From: Candidatus Wolframiiraptor gerlachensis
GTDB taxonomy: Archaea; Thermoproteota; Nitrososphaeria_A; Caldarchaeales; Wolframiiraptoraceae
Direction: 5' to 3'
NCBI GenBank assembly: GCA_021323375.2
Contig: JAJPCT020000018.1
Coordinates: 63,556-127,555 of the forward strand
Length of the DNA: 64,000 bases
Positions 28,430 to 38,361 of this stretch are shown one piece after another. The notes beneath the pieces are model-generated. The model did not search any database. It was not told where the DNA came from and saw only the letters and a list, made by a program, of their open reading frames with translations. The position numbers were made by a program, and so were the translations under genes. Position 1 is the stretch's first letter, and the number at the start of each line of letters is the position of its first letter.

Positions 28430-28867
28430 TTGAGCTGGGAGGAGCTTATCAGGACGAAGGAAGGTTATCTTAGGATTCTAGATGAGGTTTTCTCGGCCCT
28501 CCCGAGATCTGCTAAGGGGGCCGGTGATAGGGTGATAGTCCTCAACCCGGAGATACTTCATGAGAGTAGGAGGACTATTGTGACGAATTTCAAGGATTTA
28601 GCGGACAAGCTTAACAGGGATCCATCGCATATCGCGAAGTTCATAGCGAGGGAGTCGGGTAGGCCGAGCTCCATAGAGGGCGAGAGGCTAATAATCCAGG
28701 GCAGGCTCTCGATGGAGGAGCTGAGAAAGCTCCTAGAACTATATGTCAGGGAGTTCGTGAAATGTCCGATCTGCGGAGGCCTCGATACGAAGATAGTGTC
28801 TGAGAGAAGGTTAAGGTTCTTGGTATGTGAGATCTGCGGCGCTAAGAACCCGGTTCGAAAGCTCTAG
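28430..28867 (+). CDS. eif2b: Translation initiation factor 2 subunit beta (aIF-2beta)
   Basis: TIVTNF..LNRDPSH and the zinc ribbon CPICGGLDT...CEICGA. Confidence 0.92.
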   Translation: MSWEELIRTKEGYLRILDEVFSALPRSAKGAGDRVIVLNPEILHESRRTIVTNFKDLADKLNRDPSHIAKFIARESGRPSSIEGERLIIQGRLSMEELRKLLELYVREFVKCPICGGLDTKIVSERRLRFLVCEICGAKNPVRKL

Positions 28868-28916
28868 CAATTGGAGAATTTTTAAGAAGAGGGCTTCCGG
28901 CGCTTATCATGGGAGG

Positions 28917-29627
28917 ATGCCGAAAAGCAGGCCGCCGCTGGCCATAGAGGTCCTAGATCTTCTGAATCTAGCACGGCTTACGATGGGTATGACAGAGATC
29001 CAGCCGCTTTTCTGGCTCTTCGAGCATGGAGATAGGCTGATCCTCGGAAGCCTCCTCTCAATACCATATTGGCGTGGAGGCTTGCCAATATTCGCATATA
29101 CACGGGTCTCGGAGGAGGTGCGGAGCGCGTGCTACTTGGCATATACTAGCATAGAGCGTGAGGAGGTGTTTTTCACGCGAAGCACCGATAGCAGCCGATA
29201 CGCCTATGGCCCCATAATAGATGTGGAGAATCCACCCAAGCCCTTTATCGAGGCCCTCTCCACGAGGCAGCCCCTAAAGCCCAAGCCCATACCGACTAGA
29301 GCAAGGAGTCTCTCATCGCTTTTAAGGGCTCTTACGACGCTGAGCGATGAGGTTGCCTCACCCCCGATATGGCATTATGAGGCTGGGGCGAGGAGGCATA
29401 TACTCGGCCTACTGACTCTCCTCTACGATTATTATGACGCCGACGCCCTCCCAATATTCCTATATGTCGAGGTTGAGGAGAGGCCGGGCCCATTCATAAG
29501 ATACCTAGCACTGGATGGCGAGGAGATAATAGAATACTCCTCGAGCATGTCCACGCCAAAATACCTGTATGGTAGGGTGGTGACGGTTAAGCAGATGCCC
29601 TTCCTAAAATCCTCGGCCAACCGATAG
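28917..29627 (+). CDS. Hypothetical protein with an internal two-fold domain duplication
   Basis: GGAGG RBS before ATG 28917. Both halves carry W....G..hILG....LPIF.Y.....Y.YG. Confidence 0.7.
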   Translation: MPKSRPPLAIEVLDLLNLARLTMGMTEIQPLFWLFEHGDRLILGSLLSIPYWRGGLPIFAYTRVSEEVRSACYLAYTSIEREEVFFTRSTDSSRYAYGPIIDVENPPKPFIEALSTRQPLKPKPIPTRARSLSSLLRALTTLSDEVASPPIWHYEAGARRHILGLLTLLYDYYDADALPIFLYVEVEERPGPFIRYLALDGEEIIEYSSSMSTPKYLYGRVVTVKQMPFLKSSANR

Positions 29628-29632
29628 TCTAT

Positions 29633-29776
29633 CTATTGTTTCCAGAGCTCTTTTTTCAATAAATCTCTGACGGCGGTGCGCATTACAGCGCTTCTACTAG
29701 GATAGGCCCCCCTCCTCACGAGCTCGTCCATCCCCTCAATTAATGCCTCAGGCATCTTAACCGAGATGAGCTTCAT
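29633..29776 (-). CDS. Small ribbon-helix-helix (CopG/CdrS-like) transcription regulator, 47 aa
   Basis: Not in ORF track. MKLISVKMPEALIEGMDELVRRGAYPSRSAVMRTAVRDLLKKELWKQ, with a GAGGTGA RBS upstream. Confidence 0.88.
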   Translation of the reverse strand: MKLISVKMPEALIEGMDELVRRGAYPSRSAVMRTAVRDLLKKELWKQ

Positions 29777-30056
29777 ATGCGGATCACCTCGCGTCCCCTA
29801 GTATTATCCCGGTCTCTCATAAAACTTTCCAGGGAGCATACGCTCACAGCCCTCAGCATACGGTAATACGTGATCGCCGCATCATCAAAAGCTATCAGAA
29901 AACGAGAATTTCCTAGAGAATTCCTAATCGCTTGAAACAGCCACGATATTAGCCCTTCGCTCTCGGCTCTTAAATCTCGCGCTATCTTAGGTTTATAAAT
30001 AACCCCTGCCCACATCATCCCCGGAGATATAGATTGTGTGGAGGTGAAGAGTGAAT

Positions 30057-31700
30057 ATGGCGGCGGAAATTCCCGTAATAATTCTCCGTGAAGGGACTAA
30101 GAGGGCAAGCGGGAGAGAGGCTCAGCTTAACAATATAATGGTTGCGAAGGTGATTGCTGAGGCGATGCGCTCCTCCCTGGGGCCAAGGGGCATGGATAAG
30201 ATGCTTGTTGACAGCTTCGGCGATGTGACGATAACGAGCGACGGCGCCACGATACTGAAGGAGATGGAGGTTGAGCACCCGGTCGCGAAGATGCTTGTTG
30301 AGGTGGCCAAGGCGCAGGACGCTGAGGTTGGAGATGGAACAACAACCGTTGTAGTCCTTGCAGGAGAGCTGCTGGCAAAGGCCGAGGAGCTCCTCGAGAA
30401 GGAGGTCCACCCATCAATAATAATAGATGGGTACAAGAAGGCGGCTGTAAAGGCTCTCGAGGTTTATGATCAGATAGCTATCCCGGTCTCGATAGAGGAT
30501 AGAGAGACTCTTAAGAAGATTGCGAAGACGGCGATGTCGGCTAAGGTCGTCTCGGAAGACGCGGACTACCTAGCTGGGATAGTTGTTGACGCGGTTCTAA
30601 GGGTTGCTGAGCAGGTTAATGGGAAATGGACCGTCGACTTGGATAACATAAAGCTGGAGAAGAAGGAGGGCCAGTCGATAAGGGATACATCAATAATTGA
30701 TGGGATAGTGTTGGATAAGGAGGTCGTCCACCCAGGAATGCCTAAGATAGTGCATGATGCGAGGATAGCTGTGCTCGACTGCCCGCTTGAGATAGAGAAG
30801 ACTGAGTTCGATGCCAAGCTCCATATAGAGACGCCGGAGCAAATGAAGGCCTTCATGGAGCAGGAGGAGCAGATGCTCAAGGAGATGGTGGATAAGATTG
30901 CCGCGGCGGGCGCGAACGTGGTTATATGCCAGAAGGGCATAGATGATGTGGCACAGCACTTCCTGGCTAGAAGGGGAATATTGGCCGTGAGGAGGGTGAA
31001 GAGATCTGATATCGAGAAGGTCGCTAAAGCCACCGGGGCGAGGATAATCACAAGAATAGAGGAGATCTCGGAGAAGGATCTCGGAAGGGCGAAGCTCGTT
31101 GAGGAGAGGAGGGTTGGCGAGGACAAGATGGTCTTCATAGAGGGATGCGAGAACCCGAAGGCGATAACTATCCTAATCAGAGGTGGGACGAAGAGGCTCG
31201 TGGATGAGGCTGAGAGGTCGATAAAGGATGCGCTGAATGTGGTGAAGGACGTGATCGTCGAGCCCAAGATAGTGGCTGGTGGAGGAGCGCCGGAGATAGA
31301 GGTTTCTCTAGCGCTGAGGGACCATGCGAAGACATTGCCCGGCAAGGAGCAACTGGCTGTTGAGAAGTTCGCTGAGGCCGTGGAGATAGTTCCGGCGCAG
31401 CTAGCGGAGAACGCAGGCCTGGATCCGATCGAGGCGCTCGTGAACCTGAGGGCGAAGCATAAGGAGGGCCAGAGATGGGCTGGGATAAACGTCTTCGAGG
31501 GCAAGATCGATGACATGTATAAGCTCAATGTCTTGGAGCCGGTGCTGGTCAAGAAGCAGGCGATAAAGTCCGCGGTAGAGGCTGCCGCAATGATACTCAG
31601 GATTGATGACATAATAGCGGCATCGAGGCTGGAGGAGAAGAAGGGCGGCAAGGGTAAAGAGGAGAAGGAAGAGGAAGAGACGTCGACATCCACGGACTGA
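30057..31700 (+). CDS. ths: Thermosome (group II chaperonin) subunit
   Basis: [17 protein letters not shown] and GGGAPE motifs. Confidence 0.97.
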   Translation: MAAEIPVIILREGTKRASGREAQLNNIMVAKVIAEAMRSSLGPRGMDKMLVDSFGDVTITSDGATILKEMEVEHPVAKMLVEVAKAQDAEVGDGTTTVVVLAGELLAKAEELLEKEVHPSIIIDGYKKAAVKALEVYDQIAIPVSIEDRETLKKIAKTAMSAKVVSEDADYLAGIVVDAVLRVAEQVNGKWTVDLDNIKLEKKEGQSIRDTSIIDGIVLDKEVVHPGMPKIVHDARIAVLDCPLEIEKTEFDAKLHIETPEQMKAFMEQEEQMLKEMVDKIAAAGANVVICQKGIDDVAQHFLARRGILAVRRVKRSDIEKVAKATGARIITRIEEISEKDLGRAKLVEERRVGEDKMVFIEGCENPKAITILIRGGTKRLVDEAERSIKDALNVVKDVIVEPKIVAGGGAPEIEVSLALRDHAKTLPGKEQLAVEKFAEAVEIVPAQLAENAGLDPIEALVNLRAKHKEGQRWAGINVFEGKIDDMYKLNVLEPVLVKKQAIKSAVEAAAMILRIDDIIAASRLEEKKGGKGKEEKEEEETSTSTD

Positions 31701-31710
31701 GGATAAGAAA

Positions 31711-31968
31711 ATGAGCGAGGACCCCTATAGAACACGTCCCCTCACTAGATATGAGAAGGCTAGGATAATTGCTGGAAGAGCCCTGCAGCTGGCGCTCGGG
31801 GCATTCCCGCTCGTTCCAGTAAAGCCCGACGACACGCCGATAGAGATAGCCAAGAGGGAGTTTGAAGCAGGAGTCCTTCCGATCATAATCAGGAGGAGAA
31901 GGCCTGACGGAAGCTATGTCGACATACCGCTGAAGGATTTGCTGAAGCCCATCGAGGAGGTCGCATGA
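31711..31968 (+). CDS. rpoK: DNA-directed RNA polymerase subunit K (Rpo6)
   Basis: LTRYEKARIIAGRALQL..GA...IAKRE....LPIIIRR..PDG motif. Confidence 0.95.
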   Translation: MSEDPYRTRPLTRYEKARIIAGRALQLALGAFPLVPVKPDDTPIEIAKREFEAGVLPIIIRRRRPDGSYVDIPLKDLLKPIEEVA

Positions 31969-31972
31969 GAAA

Positions 31973-31992
31973 CTTCTCATTTTTCTTTTTTC
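31973..31992 (+). terminator. T-rich archaeal terminator after ths-rpoK
   Basis: CTTCTCATTTTTCTTTTTTC immediately downstream of the stop. Confidence 0.55.
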
Positions 31993-32097
31993 AAGCCTTT
32001 GTGAGAATTTTTCTTCCTCGGGTGTTACCCGGGTATCTATACGGGGATCCTTTCATACGCATAGTTTAATTCCCGGAGGTGCGTGGTTAGGCCATAG

Positions 32098-33180
32098 ATG
32101 TATCGTGCGGGGTTAAGGGAGCTCAAGCTCATCTACTCCTCGAAGCCTAGATGGTATTTCAGGCAGGCTGAGAGGGTTCTGACAGCGATACTCGAATCGT
32201 ATCTCTCGATCTTCGAGCCTAGAAAGTTTCTGAGGGCTCTCGCCTCACCGACATTTTTCGATGGGCTAGTCGCCTCCGCCTCCTTAGATGAGCTGGGAGG
32301 CGGGGCCACAACCATAGTCGCGGCGACTCTTAAGAACTTCGTAAGGCCGGACTCGGGCCTCGCTGTTGTTGGAGGAAAGAAGCCTCATGGCTATAGGGTT
32401 CCGGAGGAGCTGGATGAGCTCGCGAGCATCTTCGGGTTCGATGAGAGGATGTTGGAGAAACTGAAGTATGCAAGCAGGATGGTTGCAAAGGTTGATAACG
32501 CGGCGATACAGGATGGCTTCCAGCTCTATCTGCATATAATGATCGTGAGCTGGGATGGGGAGTGGGTGATAATCCAGCAGGGGCTGAAGCCCATGACAAA
32601 CCTCGTCAGGAGATATCATTGGATCTCGATGGGGCTGAGGAGCTTCGTCGAGGAGCCTCATAGCGGGATAGTCTCGGCGGCGAGGGAGGAGGTCGTGCTC
32701 GATATGACGAGCCGGGATAGCCGCGAGTCTAGGAAGGCGTGCGTCGAGGCCGTGAATCATGACATAGACGCGCTCAAGAGATTCAGCAGGGGGATCTCGA
32801 GAGGCCAGTCAACGCTCATGGAGTTTGATGCCATTGAGCCGAGAAAGTTCCCGTTAAGCATACCGAAGGTAAGCTGCTCATCCCTCCTAGCGATTCATGA
32901 GACTTCTCCGAGGGATTATGAGGAGCTCTTGGCAATCCGGGGCGTCGGCCCGAGCATGGTGAGGTTTTTAGCGGCGGCCGCCGCGGCCCTCTATGATGCT
33001 CCACCAAGCTTCAGGGATCCCGCGATGTTGTTCAGCGAGCTTCCTGTGAGGATGGGCGCCGACAAGCCGCTATATGAGCTCGTTGAGGCGATAAAGGCAT
33101 CTAGGCTGAGCTTCGCCGAGAAGAGCAAGTCTCTTAGTAGGTTGACATCAGTCTTCAGGTCGCTTGAGGAGGCTTCGTGA
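32098..33180 (+). CDS. DUF763 domain-containing protein
   Basis: ASRMVAKVDNAAIQDGFQLYLH, WVIIQQG, RRYHW, FVEEPH and an HhH-like GVGP motif. Confidence 0.85.
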   Translation: MYRAGLRELKLIYSSKPRWYFRQAERVLTAILESYLSIFEPRKFLRALASPTFFDGLVASASLDELGGGATTIVAATLKNFVRPDSGLAVVGGKKPHGYRVPEELDELASIFGFDERMLEKLKYASRMVAKVDNAAIQDGFQLYLHIMIVSWDGEWVIIQQGLKPMTNLVRRYHWISMGLRSFVEEPHSGIVSAAREEVVLDMTSRDSRESRKACVEAVNHDIDALKRFSRGISRGQSTLMEFDAIEPRKFPLSIPKVSCSSLLAIHETSPRDYEELLAIRGVGPSMVRFLAAAAAALYDAPPSFRDPAMLFSELPVRMGADKPLYELVEAIKASRLSFAEKSKSLSRLTSVFRSLEEAS

Positions 33181-33182
33181 TT

Positions 33183-34268
33183 TTAGCGCTCCCTCTTCCC
33201 AGCTATAAACTCCTCAACCATTTGTCTCGCGACATCGTCCGGGTACTGGATTGGCGGACTTTTCATGAAGTAGGCTGATGGGCTGATTAGGACCCCGGCG
33301 ATACCCCGATCCTTCCCAATCTTCGCGCAGCGGATAGCATCTATAACCACGCCGGCGGAGTTCGGGCTATCCCAAACCTCGAGCTTCGCCTCGATGTTTA
33401 GCGGGCAGCCTCCGAAAGCCGTGCCCTCGATCCTGATATAACACCACTTCCTATCCTTCAGCCATGGCACATAATCGCTTGGCCCTATGTGGATATTCTC
33501 CTCGCCTATATCATATGGTATCAAGCTCGTGACAGCAGTTGTCTTGGAGATCTTCTTAGAGGTCAGCCTCTCCCTCTCAAGCATGTTCAGGAAGTCCGTG
33601 TTGCCGCCGAAGTTGAGTTGATAAGTCCTCTCGATCTTGACCCCCCTATCGACTAGGAGCTTTATGAGGACTCTATGGAGTATTGTGGCGCCGACCTGGC
33701 TCTTCACATCATCCCCTATAAGCGGGACCCCACGCCTCTCAAATATCTCCTGCCACCTAGGCTCTCTTGCTATGAAGACGGGGATGCCATTGACGAAAGC
33801 GGCGCCGGCGTCGAGAACCTGCTCGACATACCACTTCGTGGCCGACTCGCTTCCAACTGGGAGGAAGTTCACAACGACATCAGCGCCGGTGCTCTTCAAC
33901 ACATCAGCGACGTCAACTGTTGGTGATGGATGCTTCTCTATCACACCTTGGAGATATTTTCCAAGGCTATCATGCGTCATCCCCCTCATGACCTCGACGC
34001 CGAGCTTCGGGACATCAGCGAACTTCATGGTGCAGTTTGGGGGAGCGAAGATCGCCTCCGATAGATCCTTCCCAACCTTATTCTTATCAATATCGAATGC
34101 AGCAACGAACTCGATATCGCCGACATGATATGGGCCCAGCCTCACATGCATCAATCCCGGGACGAACTCATTCTCATCCGCATCCCTGTAATAATAAACG
34201 CCTTGAACAAGAGCTGAGGCGCAGTTACCCACACCTATAATCGCAACCCTAACCTTCGGCATACACAA
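33183..34268 (-). CDS. ino1: myo-Inositol-1-phosphate synthase
   Basis: [36 protein letters not shown] and MKSPP motifs. Confidence 0.95.
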   Translation of the reverse strand: MCMPKVRVAIIGVGNCASALVQGVYYYRDADENEFVPGLMHVRLGPYHVGDIEFVAAFDIDKNKVGKDLSEAIFAPPNCTMKFADVPKLGVEVMRGMTHDSLGKYLQGVIEKHPSPTVDVADVLKSTGADVVVNFLPVGSESATKWYVEQVLDAGAAFVNGIPVFIAREPRWQEIFERRGVPLIGDDVKSQVGATILHRVLIKLLVDRGVKIERTYQLNFGGNTDFLNMLERERLTSKKISKTTAVTSLIPYDIGEENIHIGPSDYVPWLKDRKWCYIRIEGTAFGGCPLNIEAKLEVWDSPNSAGVVIDAIRCAKIGKDRGIAGVLISPSAYFMKSPPIQYPDDVARQMVEEFIAGKRER

Positions 34269-34292
34269 ATATTATTCTCGGGGCATATATAG

Positions 34293-34314
34293 CTATTTCA
34301 TGAGCATGAAATAG
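34293..34314. promoter_or_regulatory. Perfect palindrome CTATTTCATG-AG-CATGAAATAG; candidate operator upstream of ino1
   Basis: 10-bp inverted repeat between the padR stop and a TATATA element in front of ino1. Confidence 0.55.
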
Positions 34315-34656
34315 TCAGAGCCTCTCCGCCAGCTCCTTCAGAAAATCTCTAGCCATCTTGAGGGCTTTCTCGCCCTCCCGCGTCAAGATGTAGTATTTTC
34401 TCTGGGGGCCCTCGCTATCAGCTCCGGTGCTGGCAGATGTTATCAAGCCCTCGGATTGCAGCTTATGGAGGACGATATAACAGGTCACCCTGCCCGGCTT
34501 AAAGCCAAACCTCTCCTCAATTCTCTTCGCAACCTCATAGCCGTAGAGCGGCCCCTCCTTCAGCAAGCTCAAAACATAGAGCCAGAGATTCTCGACTGTC
34601 AGCTTACGCACGAGCCTCCTATAAGCCGCGGTCTCCTGCAACCCTTCCTCAAACAA
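34315..34656 (-). CDS. PadR family transcriptional regulator
   Basis: LSLLKEGPLYGYEV...Y..LHKLQSEGLI...RKYY.LT.EG motif. Confidence 0.9.
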   Translation of the reverse strand: MFEEGLQETAAYRRLVRKLTVENLWLYVLSLLKEGPLYGYEVAKRIEERFGFKPGRVTCYIVLHKLQSEGLITSASTGADSEGPQRKYYILTREGEKALKMARDFLKELAERL

Positions 34657-34739
34657 GCTCCCATATAGGTGGATAAAAAGCCTGCCCGCGTGGAGCTTAA
34701 CTCTTTAAGATGCCTTAATCAGCCGGCGAATGGGATGCG

Positions 34740-35531
34740 ATGAGGTATCGTGGGATGATAATGGACTTGGATGGCTGCGTCTACCGCGACTATGTGCCAA
34801 CTGAGGGCGCTGTGGAGGCGTTGAATAGGCTTAGAAGACTCGGGGTCAGGGTTATCTACGTCACAAATAACCCGGAGACGACATCCGAAGAGCTGGCTGA
34901 GAGGCTTCATGGCCTTGGCGTAGAATGCTCGCCCGAGGACTTCATAACAGTCGGCGAGGCAGCTGCATCCTACATTTACTCTAGATCGGGGACGAGCAGG
35001 GTCCTAGTTATTGCAGGGGATGGCGTTAAGAAGTATTGCATGCGCATGGGCCACAGGGTCCTCGACATGGATGAGTGGGATAAGGCCGAGTATGTTGTCG
35101 TCGGCTTTGATCGCGAGATAAATTACCAGAAGCTCGTGGCAGGGTTAAGAGCAATATTGAATGGCGCGATCTTCATAGGTACGAATCCCGATGCCGTTCA
35201 CCCTGGGAAGAATGGCTTAGAGCCCGGATCCGGAGCCTTCGTCATCATGTTCGAATATATGACGGGCGTCAAGCCAATAATAGTTGGAAAGCCGTCCAAG
35301 ATAATAATGGAGCAGGCTTTGAAGAAGTTGGGAATGAGTCCTGAGGAGGTTCTCGTGGTGGGTGATAGGGTTGACACGGATGTTAGGGCTGGGAAACTCG
35401 TCGGGGCTGACACAGCCCTTATCCTAACAGGGATAACAAGGGAGAAGGATCTACCAAATATACCGCCTGAGCTCAGGCCCACCTATGTATTCAGGAACTT
35501 GCGGGAGCTCGTGGAGAGCCTCTATACTTGA
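34740..35531 (+). CDS. HAD-IIA family hydrolase (NagD-like)
   Basis: DLDGC, VTNN, TNPD, GKPS and VGDRVDTD motifs. Confidence 0.92.
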   Translation: MRYRGMIMDLDGCVYRDYVPTEGAVEALNRLRRLGVRVIYVTNNPETTSEELAERLHGLGVECSPEDFITVGEAAASYIYSRSGTSRVLVIAGDGVKKYCMRMGHRVLDMDEWDKAEYVVVGFDREINYQKLVAGLRAILNGAIFIGTNPDAVHPGKNGLEPGSGAFVIMFEYMTGVKPIIVGKPSKIIMEQALKKLGMSPEEVLVVGDRVDTDVRAGKLVGADTALILTGITREKDLPNIPPELRPTYVFRNLRELVESLYT

Positions 35532-36007
35532 GCTTGCCTAGCCTGCCTGCTTAATACTGGGAGCTTGTAATCCTCCTTCACGGTTCTTAAGACAATCTTC
35601 GTCTCAGTGGATGCCACGCCATCAAGTTTCCCTATCTCATCTAGGATCCTGGCCAGCTCCTCATTACTCCTAGCCCTAACCTTGATGAGGCAGTAATGCT
35701 CGCCCGTGACATCATGCACCTCTAGGATCTCAGGCATTATAGAGAGCTTCTCGAGCACCTCCTCATACTTGGGTGGCCTAACGGTGACAGCGATAAAGGC
35801 GGTCACGGTGTAGCCGAGCTTCTCCGCATCCACAATAGCTTGTATCTTCTTGATCACGCCGAGGCTGATCAGCTTCTTGATTCTAGAGTAGACGGCTGCC
35901 TCACTCATCCCAACCCTCTTCGCGATCTCGGAGTATGATGCTCTACCATCCTCCTGCAGGATCTCGATGATCTCCAAGTCCTTCTGATCCAGGACCTCCT
36001 TCCTCAT
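35522..36007 (-). CDS. Lrp/AsnC family transcriptional regulator
   Basis: LDQKDLEIIEILQEDGRASYSEIAKRVG and VTGEH motifs. Start chosen at ATG 36007. Confidence 0.92.
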   Translation of the reverse strand: MRKEVLDQKDLEIIEILQEDGRASYSEIAKRVGMSEAAVYSRIKKLISLGVIKKIQAIVDAEKLGYTVTAFIAVTVRPPKYEEVLEKLSIMPEILEVHDVTGEHYCLIKVRARSNEELARILDEIGKLDGVASTETKIVLRTVKEDYKLPVLSRQARQAQV

Positions 36008-36125
36008 CCAACAATATCTCCACAGCATACCCGATATATTTTTATTGGCGGTAAGACCGCCTGTGATAGAGGCCCCCATAATAGTTGGAAGAGGCTTAAG
36101 CGGGGGTCGAAGGGGCGCGGCTTAC

Positions 36126-37085
36126 ATGAGCTGTAAAGTTGGGATTGCATGGGGTGAAGAGCTCCTAGACTACAGCTTCCCATTTCCACATCCATTTAGG
36201 AGGGAGAGAGCGTTAGCCTTTTATCAGGAGCTGAGCAACCTCGCGGAGCATCTGGCAGACTCAATAATAGTGGTAAAGCCCGAGCAAGCATCCCTAGAGG
36301 ATCTCCTCCTCTTCCACGAGGCAGGCTACGTGGATTTTGTCAGGAGGAGGTCGGAGGAGGGCCGCGGATACCTGGACTACGGTGATACGCCCGCGTTCAA
36401 GGGATGCTATGAGGCATCACTCTACGTGGTTGGGGCGACGCTAAAGCTCGTCAAGCTAATACTCGCTGGCGAGATCAATCATGGATTCAATCCGGTCGGC
36501 GGGCTTCACCATGCTAGGAAGGGTTCAGCAGCCGGGTTCTGCATATTCAACGACGCGGCCATAGCGATAGAATACCTTCTGAGGAAGGAGAGACTATCGG
36601 AGATCCTATACGTGGACATAGATGCTCATCATGGCGACGGTGTCTTTTACAGCTTCTATGGCGATGCCCGCGTCAGGATCCTCGATGTCCACCAGAATGG
36701 GAGGACGCTCTATCCTGGGACCGGGTTCCCACATGAGCGGGGCGCTGGCAACGCCGTGGGGACGAAGCTGAATATAACGCTCCTGCCCGGAGCTGGGGAC
36801 AAGGAGTTCATGGAGGCGTGGAACGAGATGGCTGAGGATTTTCTAGCGGACTCGAGGCCAGAGTTCATAATACTCCAGGCTGGGGCTGATGGCCTCGCAG
36901 GAGACCCGCTTACAGGCCTAAACTACACTGAGGAGGTTCATGCTTTCGTGGCTTCGAGGCTCCACAAGCTCGCTCATGAGAGATGCGATGGCAAGCTTCT
37001 CGCCCTCGGCGGGGGAGGCTATGACATCTCCAATGTGGCCAAAGCATGGACTGCAGTGGTAAAGGCCCTCGCTACTCGATCCTAA
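36126..37085 (+). CDS. Histone deacetylase family / AcuC-like deacetylase
   Basis: GGLHHA, GFCIFND, DIDAHHGDG, YPGTG, GADG..GDPL and GGGGY motifs. Confidence 0.93.
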   Translation: MSCKVGIAWGEELLDYSFPFPHPFRRERALAFYQELSNLAEHLADSIIVVKPEQASLEDLLLFHEAGYVDFVRRRSEEGRGYLDYGDTPAFKGCYEASLYVVGATLKLVKLILAGEINHGFNPVGGLHHARKGSAAGFCIFNDAAIAIEYLLRKERLSEILYVDIDAHHGDGVFYSFYGDARVRILDVHQNGRTLYPGTGFPHERGAGNAVGTKLNITLLPGAGDKEFMEAWNEMAEDFLADSRPEFIILQAGADGLAGDPLTGLNYTEEVHAFVASRLHKLAHERCDGKLLALGGGGYDISNVAKAWTAVVKALATRS

Positions 37086-37488
37086 TCTTATACCCTGTAA
37101 TCTTCTTCTTCGCAATCACCTCTAGGACTCCTTCCTTGTATCTTGCCTTTACGGATTGTGGATCTATCTTCGCCGGGAGCCTCACGTGGAGGACGTATCT
37201 CCTGCCCTCGCCACCTCTTAGGAGCGACCTGCATGGAGCTTCTATTCTCAGATAATCCTCCCCAGCGATCAGCCCTATCTCCTCCTTGCTTGCTCCCGGG
37301 AGGTCCGCAGTCAGCCTAACCTCATCCCCCGACTCGTAAATGTTGTAGAGCGGTGTTATGCAGCCGCTCCTCTCCTCGGCCTCCCTCATGAGTCTGAAGA
37401 ACTCGTCCTCCATCCTGCTTATCTCGGCCTCAACCCTCCTAAACTCCTCCAAGATTCTTCTCCAAATATTCCTCCTCCACTCCTCCAT
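37072..37488 (-). CDS. Small heat shock protein Hsp20
   Basis: ADLPG, ARYKEGVLEV and a C-terminal IRIE (IxI) motif. Confidence 0.9.
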   Translation of the reverse strand: MEEWRRNIWRRILEEFRRVEAEISRMEDEFFRLMREAEERSGCITPLYNIYESGDEVRLTADLPGASKEEIGLIAGEDYLRIEAPCRSLLRGGEGRRYVLHVRLPAKIDPQSVKARYKEGVLEVIAKKKITGYKIRIE

Positions 37489-37500
37489 CCCCGGATCACC

Positions 37501-38262
37501 TCACAGGTAGACTGGTGGGAGCTCAAGCTCCTTGGACTTCTGAATCCCACGCATCACCTGATCGGTCCTCATCATTAGATCCCTAAGCCTGAGCCTAAGC
37601 TCCTCGGCACTCTCAAGCAGAGGCTTAACATCTATCTCGATTCCCAGAAGCTTCGAGAGATAGGATACTACCTGGCCAGCGGCTCCCGGATCCGGGTAAT
37701 TATAATGTGCCTGGGCTAGGATTATGGCGGCGTCGAGCCCAGCCCTCACAGCATCCCTCAGGAGCATCCCCTTTATCCCAGCGATGAAGCCATCCTTAAA
37801 CCTATTAGCCCCATTAAGCTTGACAAGCATCTCAGTTATCTCTGGCCTGCTCCCCAGAACATAGATCTCTGGCTTTTCTATGTCAAGTCTATTCGGCTCA
37901 GGTATCCCGGAGACCGATATGAGGAGCTTTCCATCCTTCCGCTTAATCCAGCTCACGAGGCTATGTGAGAGCGGCCTAATCATGTGCGGCGGTATCGGGA
38001 TATCGGATGTTATCGCGACGATCCTATCTCTATGATAGATCCTGATAAGCTCCTTTATCTGCTCATTCCTCACGGAGATCAGGGGCGGCAGGAACTCCGC
38101 GTCTATATAGCCGACCTCCCTCATCTCAAGCCTATCAACTATGTAGGATGCGGCTATGGCCCCGACGAGCCCCACATCCGGGAACCCCTCGATAAATATC
38201 AGGTCGCGCCCCTGGATGGGCTCAACCTCAATTATGCTTATCTCCTCAGCCTCTGACATCAA
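37501..38262 (-). CDS. Proteasome assembly chaperone PAC2 family protein
   Basis: IEGFPDVGLVGAIA, PDPGAA and a C-terminal VYL (HbYX) motif. Confidence 0.88.
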   Translation of the reverse strand: MMSEAEEISIIEVEPIQGRDLIFIEGFPDVGLVGAIAASYIVDRLEMREVGYIDAEFLPPLISVRNEQIKELIRIYHRDRIVAITSDIPIPPHMIRPLSHSLVSWIKRKDGKLLISVSGIPEPNRLDIEKPEIYVLGSRPEITEMLVKLNGANRFKDGFIAGIKGMLLRDAVRAGLDAAIILAQAHYNYPDPGAAGQVVSYLSKLLGIEIDVKPLLESAEELRLRLRDLMMRTDQVMRGIQKSKELELPPVYL

Positions 38263-38361
38263 TTAACCCTCGGAGGCCCCCTAGATAAACTTGCCCAGAA
38301 GGATTAGAGAAAATACTTTTTAGTAGGACTTCTTCACCGCATCATCGGATGGTGAATTCTC

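Noticed and set aside
30566-31735. 389-aa ORF antisense to the thermosome
   Set aside because: Ser/Ile/Phe-rich shadow of a highly biased coding strand; no motifs.
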